Position numbers and translations under genes: made by a program. The notes below the pieces were generated by a model. It did not search any database. It was not told where the DNA came from and saw nothing but the letters and a program-made list of their open reading frames with translations. Of a DNA stretch of 64,000 nt, positions 13,760-26,800 are shown one piece after another. Where the stretch lies: assembly GCF_964355755.1 (NCBI RefSeq), contig NC_092677.1, positions 25,593,175 through 25,657,174 of the forward strand. Reading direction: 5' to 3'. Each line of letters starts with the position of its first letter. Within the stretch, counting starts at the first letter, position 1. This stretch comes from Antedon mediterranea (taxonomy: Eukaryota > Animalia > Echinodermata).

Positions 13760-14375
13760 CGGGACACCCCTATCGTGGGGACACTTTCCCGTGACTATAG
13801 CCAACCCTGTGGGACACCCCTATTATGGGGACACTTTCCCGTGACTATAGCCAACTCCGTGGGACACCCCTATTATGGGGACACTTTCCCGTGACTATAG
13901 CCAACCCCGTGGGAGACAACCTATTAAGGGGACACTTTCCCGTGACTGTAGCCAACCCCGTGGGACACCCCTATTATGGGGACACTTTCCCGTGACTATA
14001 GCCAACTCCGTGGGACACCCCTATTATGGGGCCCTTTCCCGTGACTATAGCAAACCCCGTAGGACACCCCTATTATGGGGACACTTTCCCGTGACTATAG
14101 CAAACCCCGTGGGACACCCCTATTATGGGGACACTTTCCCGTGACTATAGCAAACCCCGTGGGACACCCCTATTATGGGGACACTTAGCCGTGACTATAG
14201 CAAACCCCGTGGGACACCCCTATTATGGGGACACTTTCCCGTGACTATAGCAAACCCCGTGGGACACCCCTATTATGGGGACACTTTCCCGTGACTATAG
14301 CCAACCCCGTGGACACCCCTATTATGGGGACACTTTTCCGTGACTATAGCCAACTCCGTGGGAGACAACCTATTA
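13760..14375. repeat. 50-bp minisatellite, about 12 copies
   Basis: Unit gggacacccctattatggggacactttcccgtgactatagccaaccccgt. Confidence 0.95.
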
Positions 14376-14827
14376 TTTGCTGAACTGCCAATGTGTCCAA
14401 TCACAAGCGATGGATTATTTTAACTGTTACTTGTCATTGGTCAAACTCGCTTGCGTTGCGTCTCTAGTGAGAACCAAGCTTAAGGCAACTACTGTACTAT
14501 ATTTACCAACTTTGCATTTGGATTATACCATTTCAAATCAGGGGAGCAGCCCAACATAACATTTTTCCTACACCTTATTGAACAGTATGCTTCTTTTGAA
14601 AATACCCCCCAAAACAAATAGTCAAATCTGGACAACCAAAAGTAGAATTTAATTAGAAAAAAAAATGTCTTAGCTTATCTTATATCCTTTAAAATTCTGT
14701 TTACTTTTATACAATATTTACATCTACATATCGTCACTGGTTAATCTCAATTTTGTTCATTATAAACCGTATCTCAGAACATTATACACACACAGAGAAA
14801 GTATTGCCCAGATAAACTTTCTTTTAA

Positions 14828-15174
14828 AGATGTATTGTCCCCTAAAAACATGAAAAATGAAGAATAATTAAATCAGACTTTGAATATGTTATTTTGTAGT
14901 TTTGATAAAGTTTATCACTTCCATAGAAAAAAAAAACAAAAAAATTATGTTTTCACTTGTAAAATGACAAAATAAATGGTTAAATTCAACCAAAAATCCA
15001 TTGGCTGGCACCCAATTTAACTATTTTTTGCTTTGAATTACATTTTTTCAGGTAAATACATTTTTTTTTCCGATCCAATTTTTGGTCAAAGTGAATAACT
15101 ATTATGTTACATTAAAATGGAATATTGAACAACATTTTTTTAAAGAATTATTTTTTCAGGGGGACTATACATCT
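14828..15174. mobile_element. Kolobok-like non-autonomous element (TTAA TSD)
   Basis: ttaa|agatgtattgtccc...gggactatacatct|ttaa; a partial related copy lies near 56170. Confidence 0.75.
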
Positions 15175-15319
15175 TTAAAATACAGTAGTACTTAACCGGC
15201 CCAGCTCATCTTCTGTGTCAGCACACTTATTCATGAGTATTGCTTACGTCTACTCTCCAAACTTGAAGCAATTTCAAGTAAAAAGGTAAACAGCTTTATT
15301 CATTTTTATAAGCTGACCT

Positions 15320-15512
15320 TAATCTCTGTCTACACTATCAAACTTTATGTGACAAAAAAAAGTGATGTGCCCATATATGGACATGATGTCATATCATTAC
15401 CATATTTAGGCATATCACTACCATATTTAGGCATATCACTACCATATTTAGGCATATCACTACCTTCACAACATTTTTTTTGTCAAACTAGTTTGATAGT
15501 GTAGACAGAGCA
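15320..15512. mobile_element. High-copy MITE family A (TIR agctctgtctacactatcaaact); representative copy
   Basis: Other full or partial copies near 3170, 8186, 9092-9545, 10144, 10821, 16187, 22444, 22800 and 42905; internal 20-bp atcactaccatatttgggcat-type units. Confidence 0.9.
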
Positions 15513-15659
15513 AGTCAACACATTTGAAATGGCCAAAAGTTTATGAATCATCTACGATTTTAATGTTTGTAATAGATAGGTCAAAGTTCAAGCCAGCAAA
15601 ACATCCTCGCATTTTCTAACATGATTTCAAACAGCTGCATAGATCACACTTCAGATATG

Positions 15660-18658
15660 TCATGTGGTTGGTCGATTTGGTTTTAGGATCAATTTTCCAG
15701 TCTGTCGATAGAAAGATATGAAATTAAGCAAAAGAAAAAACAAAACTTTTCCTCTTTAATGATATTTTATTGCTTTTTAAAAATTTTGAACTGATTGATT
15801 GGACAATACTTACATCGTCACATGACATGGTAAAGTCTCCGAGTACTAGTCGGCATCGTGATGTTATACTACATTAAACATTAAGAAAAATATATACATA
15901 TTATTTGATATCATCACATTATTATGAAATGTCATTTTTTATTTTAAAACAAAACAAAATGCTAAATTTACAAAATGCATTAATATTAATCAAAAGGATA
16001 CATTGCTGGGGCAACTACTCTTTTATGAATACCAAACAAAAATAGGAGAACCAGCGTCACACAACTAAAGGCAAAGAACGGGTGATTTTGTAGCGATTGC
16101 ACAAATGACACCTGTTCAAAAGAAACAACAATTTATGATAAATATAAAGCGCTTGTGATTCCCTTTCTGGAAAAAAAAAACAAGGTAAAGCTCTGTCTAC
16201 ACTATAAAAAAAATGTGATGTGCCCATATATGGACATGATGATGTCATATCACTACCATATTGGGGAACATCACTACCATATTTGGGCACATCACACTTT
16301 TTTGTCAAACTAGTTTGATAGTGTAGAGCTTAAAGATGTATTGTACCTTTAAACACAAAAAAATGAAGGTCAAAATATTCTAAATTTAAAGTGGCCATAT
16401 CAAAGTAATATTAAAGTTATTCACTTTATAAAGTCGAAAATTTGAGCCAAAAACAACAAGTTTACGTAATTAACAGGTAAATTAGTTTGATTACATTTCA
16501 TCTGGAAAATCGTCACGAGCGAAAAGTAAACAAAGATTTCAAACCATGAGTACGCATTATGCATATGCTAAATTAGGATTGTTTACAACTCGTCACGGTT
16601 AAGAAGGTATTTTCACACAGATCATGAGGAAGTTTTATGATTATGCGTACAGAGAAGCCAAACAAGCGCGTTTCATTATGGGATATGTTTTGATTGAAAA
16701 CTTTGACTGGAAGTCAAAGTTATTTTTTAAACAACAAAAAAACATCTGTATTTTAGTTTAATTTTTTTTTTTTCGAAAAATTTTTGGTGATAGTTAATAA
16801 CTATTATGATACTTCAAAATGACCCACCTTTTTTCGAAATCTTTTATTTTTTATTTTTTTGGAATTAGTCAAAGGGACAATACATCTTTAAAGAATGTGT
16901 ATTTTTGAGAAAGAACCTGGCCTACTGATGAATACAGCTGATATTGTACCTGTCGAGTGTTTTCATCTTTCAGCCATTGCCAAGCTCCGACAGCTGTACA
17001 CACGGTAACTACGATTAATAAAACTGTAAACAAAATAAGGAGAAATTATTATTAACTTAGTAAATACATATTTTTCCTATTGATTTTAAACAAATAATTA
17101 ATAAAGTGAATTATTATTTATAACAATATTATATCTATATAAATTATTATACAGATATTGACTGCTTAGAGGTTAAATATAAGATTTGACATCCCCGAGG
17201 GAATAATATTAAGTTCGAGGGAATATATATTTCCCGAAGCGCCAGCTGAGGGAAATATATATTCCCCGAGAACTTAATATCATTCCCGAGGGGATGTCAA
17301 ATCTTATATTTAACCGATATAAAAGGCAATATCTGTTATATTATATAGCCAAGAACAAGTCTGCTGGGTTGGGTGAAGCTAGGCTAGGCCTCCTATAGTA
17401 TTTGTATTGTATTTAAAACAAGCCTGCCTAGACACCTTACCTTGCGAAGAATAATATACAGATAATTACTAATTAATGATTCCTTGGCAATAAAATATTC
17501 ACTTAGGCCTAGGTCGTTTAAATTAACAGAAGAATTTCCATCAATAAGCCTATTAGTATTAATAATAATATTATCTTCTCTCGATCTTCGAGGAGCCGAA
17601 TCACCGGATGTTCAGCGCGTACTAGTTACTAGGTTACTACCGTGAGTATTGACCAATCACAAACGGTGTTTCATCACATTTAGGGTGGACTTATAACAAA
17701 TGAGGGCGCTATGTATGCATAGCTTAAATAGTTTAGAAGATTAATTTCTTCAAGCAAATTCCGTGGCCCAGCGGATGAAACGTTGTCTTGCGATGGAGTG
17801 ACAATTCCACCCGAGTTCAAGATCGAGTAGATGACTTTTGTTTATTTATCGGCAAACTCGAGTGTTGCACACGAAAATTACACAGTCAATATCATCGTAC
17901 TCGAGAATTTATATGATTAATGACAGGGGACACGATTATTACGCGAAAATTACACAGTCAATATCATCGTTCTCGAGGATATATACGATTTACGATCCTC
18001 GCAGCGGTAGTCATGTGATGCAGTTTCAACCAATCACGTTCGCGTATTTACATAGCCTATGTAATATAATGGTTTATTGTCAATTCATGTTGACTTTCAT
18101 TAATGCATTTCTTGAAGTTATTATTTTATTTCATGTAGGCCTAGGCCTAGTAAGTAAGTATAGTAGGGCCTAGTAGGTTTACTCTAGGTATAGGTATGAA
18201 ATGATTCATGATGAAAATACATTTAAAAAAATAAACTCTTACCTCGCCATTTTCTAGTTGATGGACCAAGAAATGTAATGTATTCAGTTAATCGTCTTTC
18301 AAATGCTTTGAGATCTGTTATAAAAAACAATAGCCAATACAATCAACAATCAATAATAGAAAGCCAGGCCCATGGGTACCGCCAGCAGAAAGGTCACCAG
18401 GAAGGCACCCATCCAATTCCTGTGTCTCTTTTGCTGAAGGTAGGTCTACTACTACTACTCTAGTACTAGGCCTAGCCTAGCTAGGCCTCTACTATGATGA
18501 TGCTAGCTAGGCCTAGTAGTAGGTCTAGCTAGTCCACACCACCAACTCAACTGATTCAAGGCTTACTAGCCTACCTAGTCTTGTAAAATCGGATCCAGAT
18601 AAGATTAAAGATATTGTTAAACATATTTACCTTCAGTCTGTATTTGATCTTTTGACAT
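15660..18658 (-). CDS. CNEP1R1: CTD nuclear envelope phosphatase 1 regulatory subunit 1 (TMEM188, Spo7-like), 126 aa, 6 exons
   Basis: Exons 18658-18631, 18314-18243, 17023-16950, 16111-16002, 15868-15814, 15701-15660 give [72 protein letters not shown], matching the family as I recall it. The ORF track misses this gene. Confidence 0.95.
15869..16001 (-). other. Probable U12-type (minor spliceosome) GT-AG intron, CNEP1R1 intron 4
   Basis: Donor GTATCCTTTT (U12 consensus RTATCCTT); branch-like TTTTCTTAAT just upstream of the AG, with no polypyrimidine tract between them. Confidence 0.85.
16334..16887. mobile_element. Kolobok-like non-autonomous element (TTAA TSD), CNEP1R1 intron 3
   Basis: ttaa|agatgtattgt...acaatacatct|ttaa. 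Confidence 0.75.
17135..17347. repeat. Long near-perfect inverted repeat (about 210-bp hairpin)
   Basis: cagatattg..ggttaaatataagatttgacatcccc..gggaatatatatttccc / gggaaatatatattccc..ggggatgtcaaatcttatatttaacc..caatatctg. Confidence 0.9.
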
Positions 18659-18659
18659 T

Positions 18660-18926
18660 CTGACTATATACAAACGTCAAAATCGGTGCTTTTCATCTAA
18701 AATGTCTTTTTCTCTTTCGCTCTCTTTTTGCTGTGTGATTTGTTTCCGTTGTTGAGGGCGCAATATACATAGGATCTCTGTCGTATTCGATAGTAGGTAC
18801 CATCTGATTGGTCGAAATAATAGATATGACCAATCAACGCACGTGTATTCTGATTCTGATTAGAGAGAGCTGTGTGTGTACGTATCGCGCTGACCATGTA
18901 CCACGGGGCATACTTATTAATGATTG
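18660..18926. promoter_or_regulatory. Putative bidirectional promoter CNEP1R1/NCOA5, with a likely non-coding NCOA5 exon 1
   Basis: CNEP1R1 ATG at 18658 (-); a strong + strand donor gtaagt at 18927; CCAAT boxes in both orientations (ctgattggt near 18805, gaccaatc near 18830). Confidence 0.6.
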
Positions 18927-19489
18927 GTAAGTTTTTGTCAAATCAGCCTAAATAATGTTTGTAAAATATGACTTTTTTTCATCAAATATACATATTTGTG
19001 TATACTAATGACAAATATAAATATTTATTTATATAACAGTGTGTTTTTTATTTGATTTCAAGATTATTTTGTGAGTTTTTAAGTTAATTAAGAAAACGCT
19101 ATCATGATGCGGTTGGTCTAGGCCTCGCGCCTAGCCGGCCTAGCTAGCCATCGTGTCGCTAGGCAGAGAGGCCTCTGCTGACTGAGCCTTTGTGTGTGTG
19201 CGCGAATCATTACGGTGATACATTCTTGTGTTGATGATTGAAAATGTATACATACGGATTGGATTAATATACTAGGCGTAGGTATATTTAAGTATGGATC
19301 GTATTCTTATTAAACTATTTTATTATTAATAAAACTAGGCCTAGCCTGGCTAGGCCTAGCCTAGTACTAGTAGGCCTACTTGCAAACAACTGTTAATAAA
19401 TTAAATGTACAAAAAAAAAATGAATGAGGTACTGGCCATAAACCTTGTCTAGCTAGCTAGACAGTGGAGTGGACCTTTATAATGGATTA

Positions 19490-20310
19490 GGCCAAGTTGA
19501 GCCACCGCCAGGAAAACGTTATTTTCTATGAAACGCCAAATGCTAACTTTCGCCGGTGTTCGTTTCTATTTAATAGGCTAGAAGTTCTATTTTTATTAGG
19601 GATAACGATGTATATTGAAAAGTTTAGATATCATGGTTTTTTTTAGTTAGTATATATTATTAAATATTACAATTTAAAGAAATAATTATATGAAAATCTG
19701 ACTTGTACTGTAGATTCCAAAATATAAGGTCTAAAACATCACAAAAAATGATCGTTTTTAGCCAAAAATTATGTAAACATGTTGCCAATCCCTCCCCCCC
19801 CCCCCCCCCCCCCTCAGGTATGAACTAGGCCTACTCCATTTTTCGGTAAAATAATTACATAAAATCACCGTTTTTTAGGAATATATTTTGTGTATTAAAA
19901 TTCAATCAAATATGATACAGTATTAAAAGATAGTCAATAAAAAATAATAATTATTTAACCTCATTCGAAGAATATCAATACTCTATTAGTCCTCCTGAAA
20001 ATAAACAACGTGATTTTACGTGGTACGCCTATACGCGAGAAAATAATTAATTATGGAGTGCCCTGCATTTTTACCTTGAAAGATTAAAAACAATTAAATT
20101 GTTAATGACTACTTTCCATTGCTGTGCTGTTATGGTGGTTCAAACCAACAAAATTGTAGTAGTAATTATATTATATATTATTTATTTTCATGACACAATA
20201 AACATAAGACCATGAACTTATGTACTAGGACACCGCTCTAATCACTATGCGAAATGTCGTAAAAAATGCACTGGGCGTTTCATAGAAATTACCGGCGGCT
20301 CAACTTGTCG
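19490..20310. mobile_element. Non-autonomous TIR element in NCOA5 intron 1
   Basis: caagttgagcc..ttttctatgaaacgcc at the left is mirrored by ggcgtttcatagaaa..ggctcaacttg at the right. Confidence 0.65.
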
Positions 20311-20348
20311 GCGGCCCAACTGGTCATATGCCTTTATAATGTATACGC

Positions 20349-20700
20349 TGTGGTTAGGATTCCGGCACTTGGAACTCAACTGCCCATGGTAACACATTCT
20401 GACAGACACTGAAACAATCGGCCCTTCGGCCCTCTAAACCTAAAAAAACATCCCTCTAGCTAGGCAATAACGGTGGGTAAAGACGATGATGGTTATGATG
20501 GATAAAGACGATGGTGAATTAATTTAACAACATTTTTTTAAATTGATCGAGAATTGAACCTACAAAAACACTAGCCGCAGTACCACACCACTAAGCCAAC
20601 CAACCAGTCGGAAAAATTGGTGTTAAACTTTGTACATGAGGTTATGAAAATGTGATTGACAATCAATCAATTGCGTTAATTCTGCCAGAATCCTAACCAC
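20349..20700. mobile_element. MITE
   Basis: TIR gtggttaggattc(c/t)ggca. Confidence 0.7.
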
Positions 20701-20804
20701 TTTGTAAATTATATGCATACGTTTATTTACTAAACATATTTGTGATTTTATTTACTGTACTGCAGATCAAACTTTAACACTTAACTAGGCAAATATTAAA
20801 GATC

Positions 20805-23800
20805 ATGAACTTTGACATCTCGAGCGAGGAAGGTGCCACAAGCCGAGTCTTTGTTGGTAACCTGAACTCCGACATAACGAGCAAACAAGATTTGACCAAC
20901 AAATTTAGAGTCTATGGAAAAGTAGTGGGTAAGAAAGCATTTATTTTTCTTGATTATAAAAGAGTTTGTTATATGATTAGATATCAGAAGATTTTTGTTT
21001 CTTTATTTCCATTCACAACAAAAAACATAAACATTCATAAATATTCATTAAAAAAATGAAAGAATGGAAAGGGGGAATCTCTGAAGTACAGCCTATAAGT
21101 AGAAACCCCCTGTTACAAAACAGTAGTGGAGCTGTGGCTTGGTGGTTATGATGCTTTTCTACCAATCTAAGGGTCCTGGGTTCAAGTCCTGTCATATGTC
21201 AGGGTTTTTTCTCATGACAATTTACAACTCCACTCCCAAAGACTTAATAATAAGTCTTTGTTTATGTAGAGCATCTTGTGTATATGTTTGTCTTGTGAAT
21301 GGGATTGCCACCTTTGAGAAGGATAGTGAATGAATTCACTTGTGGTAATCCTTGGCAATTTGCCTAAAATAAGAATTTAAAAAAAATAATAGTATATAAA
21401 TAGAAATATGAAAAAAGGCACAAGGGCAAACAAAATGTAATCTTTAAGAAAAAAATGTAAACACTCCTTTTTTTTATCTCAACAACAAAAAACAGATAGT
21501 TTTCTCTGAGAGTAAAATGTAATTGTTAAAAATACCTGTTTTAATCAGAGTATTGCAAAATTAATTTTTATATTTTATTTTAAAAGTTATAGGATTCTTA
21601 AGTAACTTAAGAGTCTCGGGTAGATCACGCCAAAGTTCAACCCCTTTACTAACTAAACCTAAAGTTTAGTGTATTGTTTTTTGTTGTATAATATTTTTAC
21701 ATACAGGACGAACTTCCTCGACACTAATGCACTTGTCAATTGTCCCACTATACAACCCCAGGGAGAGGTGCGTCATGGGTGCATCATTTACTGATCATCA
21801 TCATGCATCATCTACTAATTACTGATGCAGGGGTGCGTCAAAAAACCTAGATGGTGCGTCACATCAATGAACAATGGTGTGTCACATCAATGAACAATGG
21901 TGTGTCGATGTCCATCACTTTACCACCCACCATATCATAAACAACATGGTCACAGTGTGTCAAAATGGGTGCGTCATGGTGACCTACGTAAGGCGCTGTT
22001 TTGACGCACAGGTACGTCATGGTATTCATAAGGTATGATGCACATCGGACAAATGACGCACCTCTCCCAGGGGTCGTATAGTGGGTCATACAATTGACTA
22101 TGTGCATTAAGACAGCAAATACAAAATATCAAAATTATAATAAATAACATTAACAACAATTATTTTTGTACATAAATTGTTTTAGGTGTTGCTATTCATA
22201 AAGGATATGCCTTTGTTCAATTCAACTCTGAAAAAGAAGCGCAAGAAGCTGCTAGCAGAGAGACAAACACAATGTACAGGAACAAACGAATAGGTGAGCT
22301 CTAATAATAACAGTCAACAGAATAAATATACTCCTACTATAATGCACTATGCTCAAAAACTTTGTTCCATAAAGGCTTGAAGACTAAATAAATAAATCAC
22401 TTTCTGTTTATAAACTAAATCCGAAAATCGTATTTATGTCGTCTAAAGCTCTGTCTACACTATCAAACTTTATGTGAATTTGATGTGCCACAAGATGATG
22501 TCATATCACTACCATATTTGGGCATATCACAAACTAGTTTGATAGTGTAAACAGAGCTTTGTGGTTGTCAAATAAATTGCATGGCTGAAATCAGTATTTA
22601 TTTATAATGTGTTATTTAGTTGCTCCTATAATTTAAGTATTATTTTTAAATGTTCAGAATGTAATGTTGCTGCTGATAAGAAAAAGCGACATCAAGATCA
22701 AGACAGAAATGACAGAAATAAAAAATATGGCGGCAGGGAACGGGAAAGAGGATCCTCAGATTACAGGTAAAAAACGTTTGATGTTAGCATATAAATTTGA
22801 GCACTTTATTAAGTAGTGATATCCCCAAATATGGTAGTGATATCCCAAAATATGGTAGTGATATCCCCAAGTATGGTAATGATATGCCCAAATATGGTAG
22901 TGATATGTCATCATTGTGTCCATATATGGGCACATCACATTTGATAGTGTAGACAGATCTATCACTCAATATATCACTAATCAATAATATCTGTAACTGT
23001 GAGTGTAATTAAAAGCAGTTTTACTGTATATATCCATGAATGTGCACTTAGGGTTAGGTTAAGCTTTCAACCATTGATAGCAGTGACCTGAACCTACAGT
23101 AATCCTTTATAGGTGTGAAAGTGCAGTAAGGAGTGAGTGGCCGAGCTGTTAATACACTGGAACTGTAGCCATAACATCGGCAAGGGTATAAGCCTCACTC
23201 GCTCCATGGTTCTGGTGGTAGAACAAGTCTTCTCGGTTAAGGACTATAATCCGTATGGCCAGTGTACACACACATCTAGCTCATGTGCACTTTAAAGAAC
23301 CTAGTACATCTTTCGAGATGAGTAGGGAGTTACCCCGGGCTACTAGTACATCACAGCCACTGATTATAACCGGGCCCTCGGGGAGACCAGTCTTTGACTG
23401 AAGAGGTTACACAGTATAAATAAATAATAAAGAAATATCATAGAATTTATGTTAGAATATTTATGTTATTTGGATGCACCTACAAAATGTAAAATAAAGA
23501 TTTTAATGTTTTCTTCTTTAGTAATAGTAGAGATCGTGAGTTTGATCGTTATCAAGAGTTTGACCGTGGTCCAGCTGGGAGACGTGATCGTTCTCCAATA
23601 CGAGATTCATATGACTCATCATTCAGAGACCGTGCTCTTCCCCGACGTGATGAACCTGCAAGGTATTTTTCGTTTTTATTTATTTTGAGATATACCAGCC
23701 AGAGAGAGCGGTATAGTAATACAAAAAGAGTCATCAAAATAGCATGTGACATTTAAAAATTTATATCCATCCAGGAGGGACCGAGATCGTGATCCTTACT

Positions 23801-26800
23801 ACGCTGACGGAATTAGAACAGATTCACGTAGGGAACCGACTGATCAGTATGGGAGACGTCCAGGAAGGGATAGGTTCGATTCGATTTTAGATCGAAGGGA
23901 TCCAGCCTTTCGAGATGATCGGGAATTACCTCGGGAAAGAGACGATTACCGGTATTGTTTTAAATATTTTTTTAATAAGAAATTAGATTATTTTTGGAAT
24001 TGCAGTGAGCTCAGTCGTACACTGCAGCAAAATGAGAGAGTTGATCAAATATACACCATTGCCTTTAGAATCATTCTTTGATTAAGCGTGGTTCCCACTA
24101 GCGACGCAACGCAAGGACGTAACGCAACGCAAGTGAATTGACGAATCACAAGCGATGGCTTATTCGCTTGTGATTGCTAACTGTCTATAACTTCGCTTGT
24201 CATTGGTTAAAACGCTTGCGTTGCGTTTACGTCCTTGCGTTACGTTCTAGTGGGAACCAAGCTTTAAGAAAACTAAAGTTAATTGAATAAGGTTAAGGAG
24301 GCCTAATTCGATAGTACATGATAAAAATTAATCAAAACAGTTTGAACATTCATTAGTACAATATAGTATAAATATTATTTTCTACCTTTCAGAACAATTA
24401 GCAGAAGACGATAAATTTTCAGTTTTTAATTTTGTTTTATTTACTTTATTCTAACACGGTCTTTATTGTTTGTGGATGCGATTCGCTAATCATATACATG
24501 ACCCTCTAGTCTTCCTTACAGACGAGATCCGTATGACAGAGATTACGATCGGCGTCTGCCGCCAGCTCCGGCTCCTCCGCCCGTTGTTGATGAGTTTGAA
24601 ACTCCAATTGATGCTGAGATATTGGTGGTTGATAAACAGCAAAGGTGAGACATCATCAATCATTCGCGGTACTATATCAGTGTTCTCCCCAGGCCTTTGA
24701 AGCGTCACGGTACCGTGACACTTGGGTTCTCTACCGTGACGCTTTACGGTCGGCCGTGACGCTTAAAACCTTATCCTTATACGTACCATTTATTTGTATC
24801 AACAAAAAAATATATTTATACAGTATTTCTTTCACAAGAATATTTCTATAAACTTATTTGATACAAAACGGGTATGCAATGAGCCGAAGCTCTTAAACGC
24901 ATTACCCTAAAATACTGATATCTAATTAGCAAATAAAACAATAAAAGTACAAATAGAAATAAAAAGTAAAAGTAACAAAAGTGAACTCTACATGAGTGAG
25001 TATTTATTTATTAATAGTTGTTGTATTTCCTTTTTAAATTTTCCGATTTCAGTTTCACACTTTATGTTTTCAGGTAAACGGTTCCAAATATTTGCCCCTC
25101 TATAGGCAATACTTCTTTGTCCTATATTTGTTCTTTTTAGAGGAATACGGAAATCACTCTTCTTCAGCGTACCATACTCATGTACAGATTCCATTTTTGT
25201 AAAAAAAGAGTTAAATGAAACTGGTAAATTGCCCATACAGAATTGAAACATAAATACAGCAGTGTACTTCTCATACAAGTCAAAAATATTCAATAGGTTT
25301 TTGTTATAGAATAAATTTGCTGATGGATGCTGATAATGCACTTTAATAATAATAATACCACATTTATATAGCGCCCTTTTCATGAGTAATCATGCTCAAA
25401 GGCGCTTTACAAGCATTATTACCTCAGTATTTTTTGGGATCAAACACGTATGGAAACATACTCCCATAATGCAGCCGGTAACCAGCGCAAAGTTGTGTCT
25501 AGATCTAACTGGGTACCCATTTATACACCTGGGTGGAGAGAGGCAACGTAAGTAAAGTATCTTGCCTACGGATACAAGCAATGCGGCAAGAGTTGGATTC
25601 GAACCTAGGTCTGACGATCGGTAGTCTAACGTCCAACACACTGCGCCACACGCCCTTACATATAATTCTGATCGCTATGTATTCTCTATAGCTTCTTGCC
25701 CCCGCAATTCCCCAAATAGTTATTGCATATAATTATTATGTGAGGTAAAATTAATGAGTTGTACATTATTAACAAAACATCTGATTGAACAATATAATTT
25801 AAGTTTGTTCATTAAGCGTGGTTCCCACTAGCGATGTAACGCAAGGACGCAACGCAAGTGAATTGACCAATCACAAGCGATGGCGTATTCGCTTGTGATT
25901 GCTAACTGTCTATAACTTCGCTTGTCATTGGTTAAAACGCTTGCGTTGCGTTTACGTCCTTGCGTTACGTTCTAGTGGGAACCAAGCTTTACACCAATGA
26001 CCCTTGCAATTTTCATAGTAATGGTATCTATGTGATCATGAAATGTTACAAACTCATCAAGAATGACACCTGAACTTAATTTTACTAACTCTTTCAATTT
26101 CAACATCATTAATAAATAAAGTATAGTTATTGGTATCTTTTTTCTTATACATGCTTCTAAATTCGATAAACTTGGTCTTCTTTGTATTCAGACTTTGTTT
26201 GCAGTAAACCAATTTCTTAATTTACTTAATTCTGTATTTAAAGTGTTAATTAAAAGGTTTATATCTTTGTGCTTAAAAAATACGTTAGTATCGTCAGCAA
26301 AAATGACAAATTCTAAATATTTACTACTTTCAACAATGTCATTTGTATAAATTATAAATTTATTAATTAATGACTTAACTTATTGATTATTAATTAATAA
26401 CTGAACTTATTGATTATTAAGCAATAACTGAATTTATTGATTATTAATCAATAAGTAAACTTATTGAGTGCAACAACCAAAATTTAACCTGATTTTCAAA
26501 TGTTTGGAAGAAGGAAAACTTGATATGCTCATAGTTTTTTAAAAGGCATACCATTTATCTTTAGAGCATATGCTGAGATTGTGGAACGGCGCCTCAAGGA
26601 GCAGGCTTTAAGTGTTGGAATGATATTCATCAGTCAGGAACTGACGTTGGCCAAGGCCATGGAAGATGTCACTCGTCGGGATGTCCTGTATGCTGTTGTC
26701 GTAACTAGCCAACATGAACTACATCGTTCTGTAACACTTAACATATTACACGGCACTCCTCAAGGTAAGAACTATAACAACTATTTATGTGTGAAGAACC

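Noticed and set aside
13760-14375. CRISPR-like array (also considered for 40280-40960, 47360-48300 and 49283-49635)
   Set aside because: Units are contiguous with no unique spacers, there are no cas genes, and the context is eukaryotic; these are minisatellites.
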